DNA of 64,000 nt from Octopus vulgaris (taxonomy: Eukaryota), in the NCBI GenBank assembly GCA_951406725.2, contig OX597838.1:44330001-44394000 (forward strand), written 5' to 3'. How positions within the stretch are numbered: position 1 is the first letter of the stretch; every line of letters starts with the position of its first letter. The translations under genes were made by a program, and so were the position numbers. Below, one piece after another: positions 15,423 through 27,734 of the stretch. The notes under the pieces were generated by a model. That model was not told the DNA's origin. It saw only the letters and a list, made by a program, of their open reading frames with translations, and searched no databases.

Positions 15423-15878
15423 AGTAAAAAAATATTTTAAATTAAACAAAAAAAAATTATATAGTTATTTATTTCTATTTGTTTATTTATCTGTGTATTT
15501 CATTTATTATGTTTTCGGCTTTGTTTATATTGTGACCAGTTTATTGGGTTCCTCTACCGTCATATGTTGTAGTGTGTGCTAGTGTTCCATTCCAGATTCC
15601 TATTCAGGCTAGGTTTATCTTCTATTATATGTGTAGCTTCTGTAATTTGTCTGATTGTTGCATCTGTTCTATGTGTGGACAAGATTTTAACTTCTATGTT
15701 GTTGATTGATCCCCCGTGTTCCTGTTCGGCGTGTTGGTACAGAATCGATGAGCTTTTACCTTCATCGATTCTGTACCAACACGCCGAACAGGAACACGGG
15801 GGATCAATCAACAACATAGAAGTTAAAATCTTGTCCACACATAGAACAGATGCAACAATCAGACAAATTACAGAAGCT
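14940..15878 (-). mobile_element. 5'-truncated PLE: GIY-YIG C-terminus plus pseudo-LTR, with a fold-back at the 5' junction
   Basis: Minus strand SSILYQHAEQEHGG...VKILSTHRTDATIRQITEATHIIEDKPSLNRNLEW* resembles a PLE endonuclease end. The 3' end abuts (TA)n. Perfect 117-bp inverted arms at 15635-15751 and 15762-15878. Confidence 0.75.
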
Positions 15879-16651
15879 GGACTGAACCCGGAACTATGTA
15901 GCTGGTAATCAAGCTGCTTACCACAGCCACTCCTCCACATATTTATCAATAAACATAGGTATATGTGTGTATAGACATGCATATCTTTGCGTGCGTATAT
16001 GTGTGTGTATAAATGATCGAAGCATTCTAATCGTCACCCATCCGATGACACACTTCCGCTATTTCATCCAGTACAACTTCGAGCAAACGTTCCCATATTT
16101 GTTTATCTGCTTATCATTGTTATTGTTGTTGTTGGTTACCTTTGAACTATTGTCAAACGCATTCCAGTCAGAATCAATTTATAATTATTATAAAGAAGTC
16201 GATGAATTTAACCGATAGCTTTGCATCGAAATCTCAGCTCTCAATAAATATCTTTCAAATCAACCCGCTTCTATCCAATACACAAATACGGCAAACAGAA
16301 AGAAAAAAGGCCCTGGTCGTTTTAAACTCACAAAGGCACCAGTTCTGGCAATTTCCTTTCCCTTATTCTCAAGCAATGTAGCTTAGAGCTACTCCCTATC
16401 TTACCTTATCTTCTTTTAATTGATTCAGGTTTTGGACTGCGGCCGTACCGGGTAATGTCTTAAACGGTTTTAGGCGAAAATATCGACCCCAGGAATGATT
16501 CTACTGTCTAAGTCTGGTACTTATCCTATCGGTTTCTTTCACCGAGCTTCTAATTCGCGAAAACGTAAACAAACCTCACCGGTTAGCAAGCAGTGAAGGA
16601 AGAAACACAGACGCAACGACATACGCGTACACACACACACACACACACACA

Positions 16652-16748
<97 letters not shown>

Positions 16749-18119
16749 GATGGACTTCCACACAATTTCCGTTAACTGAAGTTATTGGTCAACCCGGGGA
16801 TACAGAGGAGGAGATGAGGTTAAAACTTAGGTACATAAGTTATTTTGGATTAAACATAACTAATCCGGTAATCTTTTGATACCAAATCGTATCTGCAGAA
16901 GGCCTGAAATTTCAGGGGCCAGGTTTAGTGGTTACATTGATTCGAGTACGGACCCGATTTTGCCTGCTCGCCACCTTTCGACAATGATATAAATAAGCAA
17001 CTTTATCAATTCCTATAATTCAATACAATATATTTCTTACTGCATATTATTTAATTTCTTCCTGAATAAAGATTTTGAAATCGGTAGTGAATTGTTTTTC
17101 GGAATAAGTGATTTTGCTATCAATATTATTAAGACACGATGTTTTTGATAGTTTACGATAAATCTTTTGGGTCTGAATGAAATGATCAGCAAATGTTTGA
17201 TATAACCAAGGCATCCGTCAACAACACGGATGATTGTGAATTGATACGGTTGTACATCGCGAACGTCTTTTAGAAGCGCTTCTTTTGTGCAGGATTTGGT
17301 ATTTACCGTGATTAAAGTGTTTTGTGAAGTATGAATTTATACTATTAGGAAGGAAATTCTTAACATATTCAAATACTTATATTTATATATAATATCAGAC
17401 ACGAATATAAATATCGTTTATTACTAGATATAACTCTAGATTTAGATACTGATAAGTACAGCCTCTACAGTGAACGTATAAAAAATTGCATTAAATTAAT
17501 ATGAATTGAAAACTACTGATAATCTAGAGAGACTTAGTTAATAACATTCATAAGCTCATATCTACTCTATTCTTCAGCGGAGAATCCTTTAAACTTGTTG
17601 CTTAATACTACAATTATCCTTTAAACGAATAAACTTTAAAGATACACAATAAATTAACTTTAAAGATACACACAATAGCACTGAAATATATACGGTAATC
17701 TTTCAAACAGTGTAAATGATATATCCAATTTTCTGTAGATTTCTGTAAACATTTTAAATGAATATTACCTTATATCAATATATATATCTAAAGTGGTGAG
17801 CTGGAAGAATCGTAACTTAACTGCATTCTTCGGACTTTACATTCTGATTTCAAATGGTGTCGGGGTCAATAAAATAAAATGCTGTCGGGGTCTCTCAAAA
17901 TTGCTGGAATTGTGCCCAGCTTTGAAATCAGTATATATAAGATCTCTAATAAAAATGGCCCCTGTATAAAGTGTAAAAAGTAGTTCGGTAATTTAAGCTA
18001 TGATATTGTAACAAACCAAAGACATGCGCTCTCCGATCTGTAAAATAATGCTTTAGCATTATCTTATAGATCGAGGATTCTTCTTGTAAAGAAAAATGAA
18101 ATGCAATTATGTGGGGCAT

Positions 18120-18296
18120 ATCTTTTATCTTTTACTTGTTTCACTCATGCTGGTGCACCGCCTTGAAGAATCAACCCCAGTACCTATTTTTTAAAGCTTG
18201 GTATATATTCTATCGATTAATTTTGACGAACCACCAGGTTCCAGGGACAAAAACACACCGACACCGGTTGTCAAGCCGTGCAGGGAATATACACAG

Positions 18297-18342
<46 letters not shown>

Positions 18343-18510
18343 ATAAATACGACAAGCATCTTTCAGTGTCCGTCTATCAGGTCCACTCTCCAGGCCTTGG
18401 TCGGCCCGACACAATAGAAGACACTTGCTTAAATTGCCACACAGTGTGACTGAACCCGGAAACACGTGGTTGCGAAGGAAAATTCTTACCACATAGCAAC
18501 GCCTGCGCTT
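18120..18510 (-). mobile_element. tRNA-headed SINE (family of 4578-4989)
   Basis: Shares blocks CATGCTGG..CACCGCC, CCGGTTGTCAAGC, GGTCGGCCCGA and GAAGACACTTG with 4578-4989. Confidence 0.75.
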
Positions 18511-18552
18511 AGAGAAACTCACGATAAAAAAATTTTTTTCGCAGCTCTTATA

Positions 18553-19573
18553 TCTATATATATAAAACTCTAGTATATATATAAAACTGTAGTTGTGTGA
18601 GTGTCTGTCCCCTTCGATTTAGATTCCTAACTACTCCCACATTTTGCGGTGCAGTTTAACCAAATTCGGGTATCTTATAGTCGTGATTCATATCGAGCCC
18701 GTCTGGGTATTAGCGCGCGTCTACGATGAGTCTACGATTTAAAAAATAATTTACCATCATTTTTTATTCCATTTTAATGCATATTTTTTCGTGTGTCGAT
18801 GGCGACGGAGTTGACGTCCACGCTCACACCTGTGTTGCTTCTCCCCCTTCTTCCCTCCCTCGTGAAGCTGTGGGGAAGGGAGTGTAAGGAAATCAACGTC
18901 GTAATGCGTTGTCAAGGAGACTAGCGTTCTTTTAGAAAGACTTCATGGCTTGAAGTCGCCAAAACAGAAATCGCTAAAAAAGCTGAAACAGATCCACAAA
19001 AACAGCAATTACCGCCACACAGGGCAGGTTTCCTGTGCAAACAATTTGCACAACCGAATGTTTTAGTTGTTGCACAAATCTTTATATATAAAAGTAAGGT
19101 TGTGTGTCTGTCTCCTACGATTTAGATTCCTAACTACTCCCACATTTTGCGGTGCAGTGTAACCAAAACCGGGTATCTTATAGTCGTGATTCATATCGAG
19201 CCCTTCTGGGTATTAGCGCGCGTCTACGATGAGTTTACGATTTTTAAAAAATTTACCATAATTTTTTATTCCATTTTAATGCATTTTTTGCTATTATATA
19301 AGGGAAGTAACTCTCTAAAAATGTCTACGATGAGTCAACGATTAAAAAAAAAAATTACCATAATTTTTTATTCCATTTTAATGCATTTTTCGCTATTATA
19401 TAAGGGAAGTAGCTCTCTAAAAATGTCTACGAAGAGTCAACGATTTAAAAAAAATACCATCATTTTTTATTCCATTTTTAATGCATTTTTTGCTATTTTT
19501 TGCTATAACTCACTAAAAATGCTTATATAGTTATTTCCCTTACAAACCCGAGCAACGCCGGGCGATACTGCTA

Positions 19574-19574
<1 letters not shown>
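18553..19574 (+). mobile_element. Non-autonomous Helitron, composite with two 5' ends
   Basis: Begins TCTATATATATAAAA and ends with hairpin CCCGAGCAACGCCGGG followed by CTAG at 19571-19574. A second TC-TTTATATATAAAA start at 19079 repeats the 5' module. Confidence 0.8.
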
Positions 19575-19612
<38 letters not shown>

Positions 19613-19651
19613 TAAAAAATGGAGTTAACGCAGGTTTAAACAAGTATTTTT

Positions 19652-19737
19652 ACTTTCGACACATGTTTCGAAAATTCCACTGATACTATTCAAAAGAATA
19701 AATGGTATAAACAATGCAATCTTCTCTTCGGGAAAGT
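19652..19737 (-). ncRNA. Hammerhead ribozyme motif, CCGAAGA core variant
   Basis: Minus strand: actttc-CCGAAGA-gaagatt...aattttc-GAAAC-ATGT-GTC-gaaagt. Stem I 6 bp, stem II 7 bp, minimal stem III. Confidence 0.8.
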
Positions 19738-19939
19738 GAAAAAAAACGAAACTCGTCAATACGACATTTTAGCAAAAAATGATGGATTTGTATAGCGATA
19801 GACAGAACGCTATTAATATTGTTTAAAAAAACGTTATATGATATAACGTCATAAGTAGCTAACAGAAAGAGTAGGGATATTAATAGTGAATGTTAAATAT
19901 AAAGGAAATTAAAGTTTAAATTATATATAATGATAGAGA

Positions 19940-22252
19940 CTACTTATATGCACTAAATGTATGTTTTTGCCAATGCTTACATCTGTATGCTCGCTCTATA
20001 ACCGTGTTTACTAGAGTATTTTTAGAAAAAATAATGAAAAATAGCTCAGAATTGCAGAGAAGACAGAATTTCTTGCCTTTGTCATATGGTATCGAAATTG
20101 AGAGGATCAACCATTCTAAATGAAATTGTTCATTGTTGTCTTTTAAATCCCAAATCAGTTTGCTGAGACCGGTACTATTCCGTTTATTTCTATCCCTAAA
20201 TGTTGAGTAATGGATAGAAATTCTTTTAGATAACACTAACGATGTGCTTCCAATGTAAAATCGTACTTTATTACGAGTACTGATTATACACTGGTATATA
20301 GAATTTTTAATCTTAGAGTTACTTGACATAAATTTAATTCTATTGGAATTGACTTCAGATACAATATTAATATTTCTAGAGGGTTGGATGGTATTAGCTA
20401 AATTAATGTTAGTATTAGTAAATGTATTAATATTTATCAGTTTGTTATTATGAGAAGATATAATTTGCAAGAGATTTTTTGTGTTTGAAAAACCTATCCT
20501 AACCTTATGTGAATTAATTATAGAGTAATATCTTGAATTGTTTGGAAAATTCCTAGCAATAGCTTGACGAAACAGCAGTGGGAGATTAGATTTAATTTGT
20601 CTCCCGTAAGGAATTATTAACCAAATATTTTTACTAGTATTCATAGCGTAATTACTTTTGAAGGTGTTATATTTACTTTTAGATCGGTAATAGGGGAATA
20701 AATAAGGGTTATCTGCCTTCATTCGCTTTGTATCGGTGCGTAAGTTATGTTTGTTATCAATAATTCTTTTACGACTAGAAATCTTATCTACATTATTGAA
20801 TTTACAATTAGACTGAGCAGAATCAATGTAGAAAATTTTTTCTGTATAACCTGCTTTGATTAAGGCAGAGTTATAGAATTCAGCGTTATTATTGAATATA
20901 TCAACATTAGCAGATAATTTAGATAATCTAAATGAAATATTCTTAACTAAATTCTTAGTAATTGCTCCAGGATGATTACTAAATTTGCTAATGTACTTAA
21001 GATTGGTCAACGGTTTATGATATGGGAAGTAAGAGTCACTGTGTAAATTAAGCGTAATATCTAAAAAGTTGGCCTTCGTCAGATCGTCTTCAAAAACGAT
21101 TATTAAGCCCATTCTACTGAAAAAATTAACTAAACTATTCTTAACTTTTTGTACCTTTTGGTTGGAAACATTTTGGAGGTAAAGTAAACAATCATCACGA
21201 TATAGACCTCCATAAATGTTAGGGAACTCTTCAGCCATTTCAAAAAGAATATATATACAGACCAAATCAGCTATCTGTGCTGAATCAGAACTTCTCATTG
21301 GTATATCGAAACTATCTGGTGTGTCTTTACGGACCCACAACTTATTATCAAATTTAATAATAGATCTTCTGGCTGCCAACACAACATTAATTTCTTCTCG
21401 GGTGAGACCAGCTTTGTTATGAGCAAGCCAAAGTGCCTTACTAAGTACTATTGGATTGATAGATGAATAAAAATTGGAAATATCAAACTGGATAAACTTA
21501 GTACTCACCTTATTGGTAATAGACCTAAACCAGTCAACTACTTCAAATGAATTAGTCCATAAACTAAGTTTTAATGTTTTGATTAAATTAGGAATATATT
21601 TATCTAGTATATTTTTACTAAGGATACCGATGTCAGAGCTAGAAGGGCAGATAAGCCTTAATGACGGGTTAGTAAAAAAATTTGGTTTGTGATCCTTCAA
21701 AATGAACCGAGGTTGCTTAGGAACAAGTGGTTCTGTCTTCATTTGTAGGTTATATTTCTCTTTCATAGCCTCAATGTTGGCTTTCTTAAGTATTCTTTTA
21801 TCAGCAATTTTATATTTTTTCTGAATTTCTTTTTTAAGTAATTCCAAATAATAGTCTTTATAAAGTTTGTACAGATTTCCAGTCTTATCAGATTGAACCA
21901 ACATAGTATCCATAGAATTGATTTCTTTGGTGATGTTGCGAAGATACCTCAGATGTTTATTTCTTAGTGGTGATCATTGAAATTTTACATTTCTCACAAT
22001 GGACCAGAGATCATCTTCAAATTTCTTCAACCTTGGGTTAGGCGGCGGACTATTTTTAGATTTAAATAATTTGTTGAACTCAGATGTTTTATCATTAGTG
22101 TGTTGTTGAGTGTCATTTTTGTCAAAGAAAAAGGTAAGCCATCTTATTCGGTTGATGAATGAATTAATCTTATTGACGAGTTGTTTAAGGAAAACATTCT
22201 TAGGTGGAATAGGAATGTCCTTAAGGGATGCGTTAATATTCAATAACTCCAT
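19940..22252 (-). CDS. PLE reverse transcriptase plus GIY-YIG endonuclease (770 codons, one in-frame TGA at 21974-21976)
   Basis: ORFs 21974-22252 and 19940-21913 share a frame (VKFQ*SPLRNKHLRYLRNITKEINSMDT). Motifs: SLKDIPIP..RIRW..FF, SDKTGNLY, QFDISNFYSSI, LYRDD, FLDITL, SNHP, SIYQ..FYIGST..KRI..H, CLLC..E, CKH. Confidence 0.88.
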
Positions 22253-22396
22253 ATGCTGTAACTATTCAGTTAGCAGGTTATTAATAAACCTGATTAAAGT
22301 ATTATAAATAGATGAGTGTATTTTTACCTTGTTAACAATTAACACGGAAAAATAAATTTATATTTCACCCTATATCTGTAATGATATATATATATA

Positions 22397-23300
22397 AACG
22401 CACTATTAGAACGCACACGTGTACACCGGCAACAGATTAGAGACCCAGAGGTCCGTCAGATACCTTTGAGTAACCACCTAGCAACATGTGGTCGGAAAAT
22501 ATATATAATATTTCCATTCTACAAATTACACAGCCCAAGTGAAATCGAGAGGAAAATCAGAGAAAAGAATTTTATTGGTAAATTCGAACCCAAGCTAAAT
22601 AAGCAATAATAATAATACTTAGAGGTATTACTTCCACTGCTACGACCATGACCACTAACAACAACAACAATACTAAAGGTGATCAAGACGAAGATAGCAG
22701 GAAAATTATCTTATTTAGGGTTAAAAGTTCTATTGCCACCACCATCACCACTAGCAACAATAATTAAGGTGCTGACAATGATGATGATGACAATTGAAAT
22801 ATAAAAATATAAAAAATCTCTGACAAAGGATATTTACAACATTTCTAAAAATAACCCAACAATTGCTGCTTCGGCCAGGGTCAAGATACAGGACTCTTGA
22901 CCTGTCCAACAAAGCGTGATGCCTAAACCAATCAGCTCAACCAACCAATCAGCTTAAGTAATTGAGTGATACTACACACTGATTGGTCAGAATACAGTTT
23001 GCAAAACCTAGCACTCTGGAGCCTACCCAGCTGTATTTATAGCACAGAATCACTCATCTTGCTACAGTCAAAAATTGTGAAGCATGACTGTCAACACTAC
23101 TACATGAACCCGAAGATTGCAGAATTCAATGCATGAAAGTACTAGTTCAATCAGAATGAATATTTAACATTCTACTATTTCATTTTATTTTATTCAATTA
23201 TAATATATTATCTTATAATATATCATTATAAGATTGTAAATAAAACGTGAAAATCAGACAAGGTTGGAATTCTTTTTATTAATATATTCTTCTATACACA
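22397..23300 (+). mobile_element. 5'-truncated PLE of another family: GIY-YIG C-terminus (22397-22609) plus pseudo-LTR
   Basis: Frame not in the ORF track: ERTRVHRQQIRDPEVRQIPLSNHLATCG...FPFYKL...RKIREKNFIGKFEPKLNKQ*. HHR at 23105-23149, and the element ends at (TA)n. Confidence 0.8.
23105..23149 (+). ncRNA. Minimal hammerhead ribozyme motif, CCGAAGA core
   Basis: tgaac-CCGAAGA-t-tgca-gaattcaa-tgca-t-GAAA-GTAC-TA-gttca. Stem I 5 bp; stem III is the palindrome AGTACT. Confidence 0.8.
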
Positions 23301-23311
23301 ATCACACACAC

Positions 23312-23429
<118 letters not shown>

Positions 23430-23706
23430 TTACAGATATAGGGTGAAATATAATTAATTTAATAAAATCTAAAGGAAATGAGTCTTATGATTCTAATCCA
23501 GAAACGTACATCCATAATTAACCGAAGACTGATTTCATTATTTTTCTTCTTTTTTTTGCCATATTTGAGTTGCAAATATTGTTGTCTGTGGAGACATATT
23601 TTTGTAGTAATAGGAAATAGTAGTCCTTTGGCTGCTATTTCTAAAATTTTCGGTATGTGGTCAAATCACTTGTTGCAAAAAACCTTATTGTTATAATTAT
23701 ATTTAT

Positions 23707-23869
23707 ATATACGAAATTAATTTGTGTAAAAATCAATAAGAAGAGTATGTGTATAAAACTATTAGCAGTGCATCTAATTCATGTTGTATGAAGCATTTAT
23801 AGTAATATTAGATTCTCTTTAGATAGAGTACTCTTTTTATTGATTTTTACACAAATTAATTTCGCATAT
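23707..23869. mobile_element. MITE-like or fold-back element with 41-bp inverted termini
   Basis: 23707-23747 versus the reverse complement of 23829-23869: 2 mismatches. Confidence 0.65.
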
Positions 23870-24248
23870 TTACCCCCTTACATCGGTTGTCAATTGCATA
23901 TTTATTAGTAACATGATTGGTACTATTTGCAGTTTAAGGAATTCACGCTGAAAAAATCCAATTAGGCTTCGCACAAGCATGGATTTATACCAAATTGGTT
24001 ATTCAACCAAGAATATACCGATTCCACCAAAACATCTCTATCTTTGAATGCTGCAAGAGAAATTTGAGGACCTTGTTTGCTTTCGTATCACTTCACATCT
24101 GTCCTTTAAACGTGAAACCCCTTGGTTGCGTAGCTCAATTAGCGCCTGATAAATGTACTTATGTATGTGAAACTGTTAGTAGCCCATATAATGCATGTAA
24201 TGTGATGCATTAATAGTAATATATATATATATATATATATTGATATAT

Positions 24249-24296
<48 letters not shown>

Positions 24297-24319
24297 ATAT
24301 ATTAATATATACTGATATT

Positions 24320-25925
24320 GACGTTAGAGGAGCGAACGAAGTTGACTCTCAACATAAAATCTCAGACATAACCTTCACTGCCACTGACATCATAGCAGCA
24401 ATAAATGAGGTCAAATACTACTCTGCTGTAGGCCCTTATAGATTCCCCGCTAGTCTCCTGAAGGAATGTAGACACCAACTTGCAGTCCCTCTGACCAACC
24501 TCTGGAGAAATTCGTTAGATGCAGGTTATATACCGAAACAGTTCCTATCCCAGTCAGTCATCCCGGTTTTCAAACAGGGAAACAGATCCCTCGCACTCAA
24601 CTATCGCCCAATCTAACTCACCTCCCACATTATCAAAGTGTTTGAAAGAGTGTTAAGATCAAGGATAGCTGACTTCCTGGAGACCTAGAAACTCCTAAAT
24701 GCAAATCAGCATGGCTTTCGCTGTGGCAGGGACTGTCTAACACAGCTCTTACACCACATTGAAGATCAAAATTGTCAAATGTTGGAATCCGTGGAAAAGT
24801 TCTACACTAGATCAAGTATTTCCTGGAGAATAGAACACAACATGTTGTAGTTGATGGAGTCCACTCAAGCCCAGCAAAAGTCACCAGCGGTGTCCCCCAG
24901 GGGACTGTCATGGGTCCGGTACTCTTCATAATCTACATAAACGACCTTTCCAGTGTCGTACATTACTGCAAAGTGAAAATATTTGCTGATGACACCAAGC
25001 TCCAGCAAATCGTCAATGAAGAAGCAGACCGAACTCAACTCCAGTCTGATCTATATGCTGTGAGTCAATGGGCAGACAGAAACAAAATGCAACTGAACGA
25101 GGGAAAATTTGAGCTGATGCATTTTGGAAGAAATTCCTCACTAAAACAGCCATACTCTCTTCCTTCAGGGGAACCGCTCACAGCCTCTAACAACGTCAGA
25201 GACGTAGGTGTAATTGTTGATGATCTCAGTTGGAGTGCACACATCAACAAGAAGGTCGATATAGCTCGTAGGATGAGTTCCTGGATCTTAAGAACTTTCC
25301 GGTCCATAGAACAAGGTGTCATCATACCACTCTTCTCCTCCTTTGTACGGCCACACCTCGAATACTGCTGCCCACTGTGGTCTCCCCATACAAGAGAAAA
25401 CATCTCGAGGATTGAATCACCCCAGAGAGCACTCACTAAACGAATTGAAGGCATGGCTGCTCTCGATTATTGGGATCGCCTTAAAGCCTTGAAACTCTAC
25501 TCTCTCCAGCGTCGCCGTGAGCGGTACATCATTTGTACAATGTGGAGAATATACCGCCAACTTTGCCCAAACGACCTGAACATAAGCTTCAAGGTTCATA
25601 CGTCCCCTGCCCAATTCAAGATCACAGCATACATATACACTACAACATAATTTCTTTTCTTCAACAGGCCCTGCCCTATTTAACATTGTCCCGAAAGAGA
25701 TCAAAGAGGAACAGGATCCCATCAACTTTAAGCGGAGTCTGGATAGATTCCTTCAAAGAATACCAGATAAGCCACCCATAATTGGATACAACTCACTACT
25801 TGAATGGACCATAAGCAAAACTTGACTTAAACAGGATTCAAATAATCCTATCAGGTGGTGCTATTAAGTTAGACATGGCCTGGACCAATCATTGGTCGAA
25901 ACACATCTAAGTTTATCTAAGTTTA
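24320..25925 (+). mobile_element. 5'-truncated CR1-like LINE, RT pseudogene
   Basis: VIPVFKQG..NYRPI, QHGFR, SGVPQGTVMGPVLFIIYINDL, KIFADDTKL, VRPHLEYC..WSP, LYSLQRRRER. Contains stops and an internal deletion. 3' hairpin and (ATCTAAGTTT)2 tail. Confidence 0.92.
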
Positions 25926-27019
25926 TATATACACACACACGGAAATAAAATACAAATCAGTTTAGCACTCCATTCTCCAAATCTTCCTGGAGTTTAGATG
26001 ACTGGCAGTATATTAGCAATTTTGAAACGATTGGTTTATTATAGAATATCTGTCTGTCTACGTTAATGGATCTAAAATGTAGCTATTTTTTTTCGGAAAA
26101 GTACGAAATCCTACTACAAATTTTTGAAATTTATAACAATAAAAAAAAAGAAAATATCAGAAACATAATCAGAGGTTATAAATTCTTGAAGTAGCCTCCA
26201 TCAGTAGTTTTTGTGGAATTTGCATCTACCAACTCTCAAAAGTAGTTCATTAGCAACATAACGGAATAAGCTTAACAGATTTACCTTTAAATAACCAAAA
26301 TGGTTATCTAAAAACAAACGATTATATTTTTCGCCGAAATTATATAGCAAAACTTTTATAGCATAAACCACAATTCTTCTTCGTGTTTTACAATCACATC
26401 AGTGAAGACAGGAATGCAATACGTGTTTTGCATGTGAAACATAAATATGTCAGATGTTTTGCGCCTATCAAAGGAATGGCTTCATTTATGCTTCAAATTC
26501 TTATTATAACTTTTTTAGGTGGGTGGGGTTCAGCTAATTAATACTCGATGATTAATCATTATTCAATATGGTTTACAAACGTCTTCTTTTACGTATTGTT
26601 ACACTACATCTCTTCATCAATCGTTTGAATAATAAATCCTATGAAACTCATTGAAGAAACTTCAGCTTTTAATAGTGTGTTTTGTATGTATGTCTGGACA
26701 TGTGTATGAGTGTATATGTGTTTGTGTGTACCGGGATGTTTATGTGTGAATGTAGCAGATTAGTCAAAGGAGAATTTTATTTAAATTTGATGAGATTTTA
26801 ATTGGTTAGATGATTCTTTTATTTATTTTATTTTTTTGTTAAATTCCGGAAATGCTTGTTAGATTGTGTGGATTTCCGCGGTGAAAAACCTTCTCGTATT
26901 ACGGAACGAAGATTATTCGGTGGACAACTCTACTACAGTTTGAACTGTTATTCAGTTTCGGTTATTCCTAATCACCTGCGGCGAAGGTGATCAGGAATAA
27001 AGAGTTTCAAAGTTTGTGG

Positions 27020-27455
27020 AAGGGTGGTAAGTCAGTTACATCGACTCCCGTAGTTAATTGGCGAAGTCGAACTCAGTGGATTTTGAACTCAGAATGTAAA
27101 GACGGACGAAATACCTATTTCTATTTCTTTACTACCCTCAAGGGGCTATACACAGAGGAGACAAACAAGGACAGACAAACGGATTAAGTCGATTACATCG
27201 ACCCCAGTGCGTAACTGGTACTTATTTAATCGACCTCGAAAGGATGAAAGGCAAAGTCGACCTCGGTGGAATTTGAACTCAGAACGTAGCGGCAGACAAA
27301 ATACCAATAAACATTTCGCCCGGCGTCCTACAGTTTCTTATTTCTTTATTGCCCACAAGGGGCTAAACATAGAGGAGACAAACAAGGATAGACAAACGGA
27401 TTAAATCGATAACGTCGACACCAGTGCGTAACTGGTACTTATTTTATCGACCCTA
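27020..27455 (-). mobile_element. Tandem pieces of the Nin/Deu-like SINE
   Basis: Two near-identical tails (GAGGAGACAAACAAGG...CCAGTGCGTAACTGGTACTTAT) at about 27150 and 27370. Confidence 0.75.
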
Positions 27456-27734
27456 TTATTATAAACAAATTTGAACATTATTTCTACCGACGGGACATAA
27501 AGATACCTAAACCAACGTGCACAGATTATATGAACCAAAAAATACAACAAGAAAAGAAGAAAGGAAATGATAATATGCGCGGCATATCTGTGTGGTTAAG
27601 AAGCTTATTTTAGAATTATGTGGTTACGGGTTCAATTCCACTGAAAAGCAGGTTGGGCATATGTCTTCTACGATAGCTCTCTACGAAAGAATTTTGTTGA
27701 CGGAAAGTGTGTGGAAACCCGTTACAAACATATA

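Larger units (their letters stand above)
19610..22360 (-). mobile_element. Near full-length Naiad-like Penelope-like element (PLE1)
   Basis: Single RT plus GIY-YIG reading frame, 3' UTR with an HHR, and 3' end in (TA)n. Confidence 0.9.

Noticed and set aside
15560-15982. Overlapping sense/antisense ORFs as a bidirectional gene
   Set aside because: An artefact of the 117-bp fold-back.
19740-19940. SECIS element in the PLE1 3' UTR
   Set aside because: ATGA precedes a hairpin, but the 3' UGA of the quartet and the apical AA geometry are absent by eye.
25878-25910. Hairpin followed by GAAAC, resembling an HHR
   Set aside because: No CUGANGA core. It is the 3' stem-loop of the CR1-like LINE.
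26962-27000. ~16-bp hairpin near GAAAC
   Set aside because: The core would be CUGAUCA buried in the stem, and there is no stem I.
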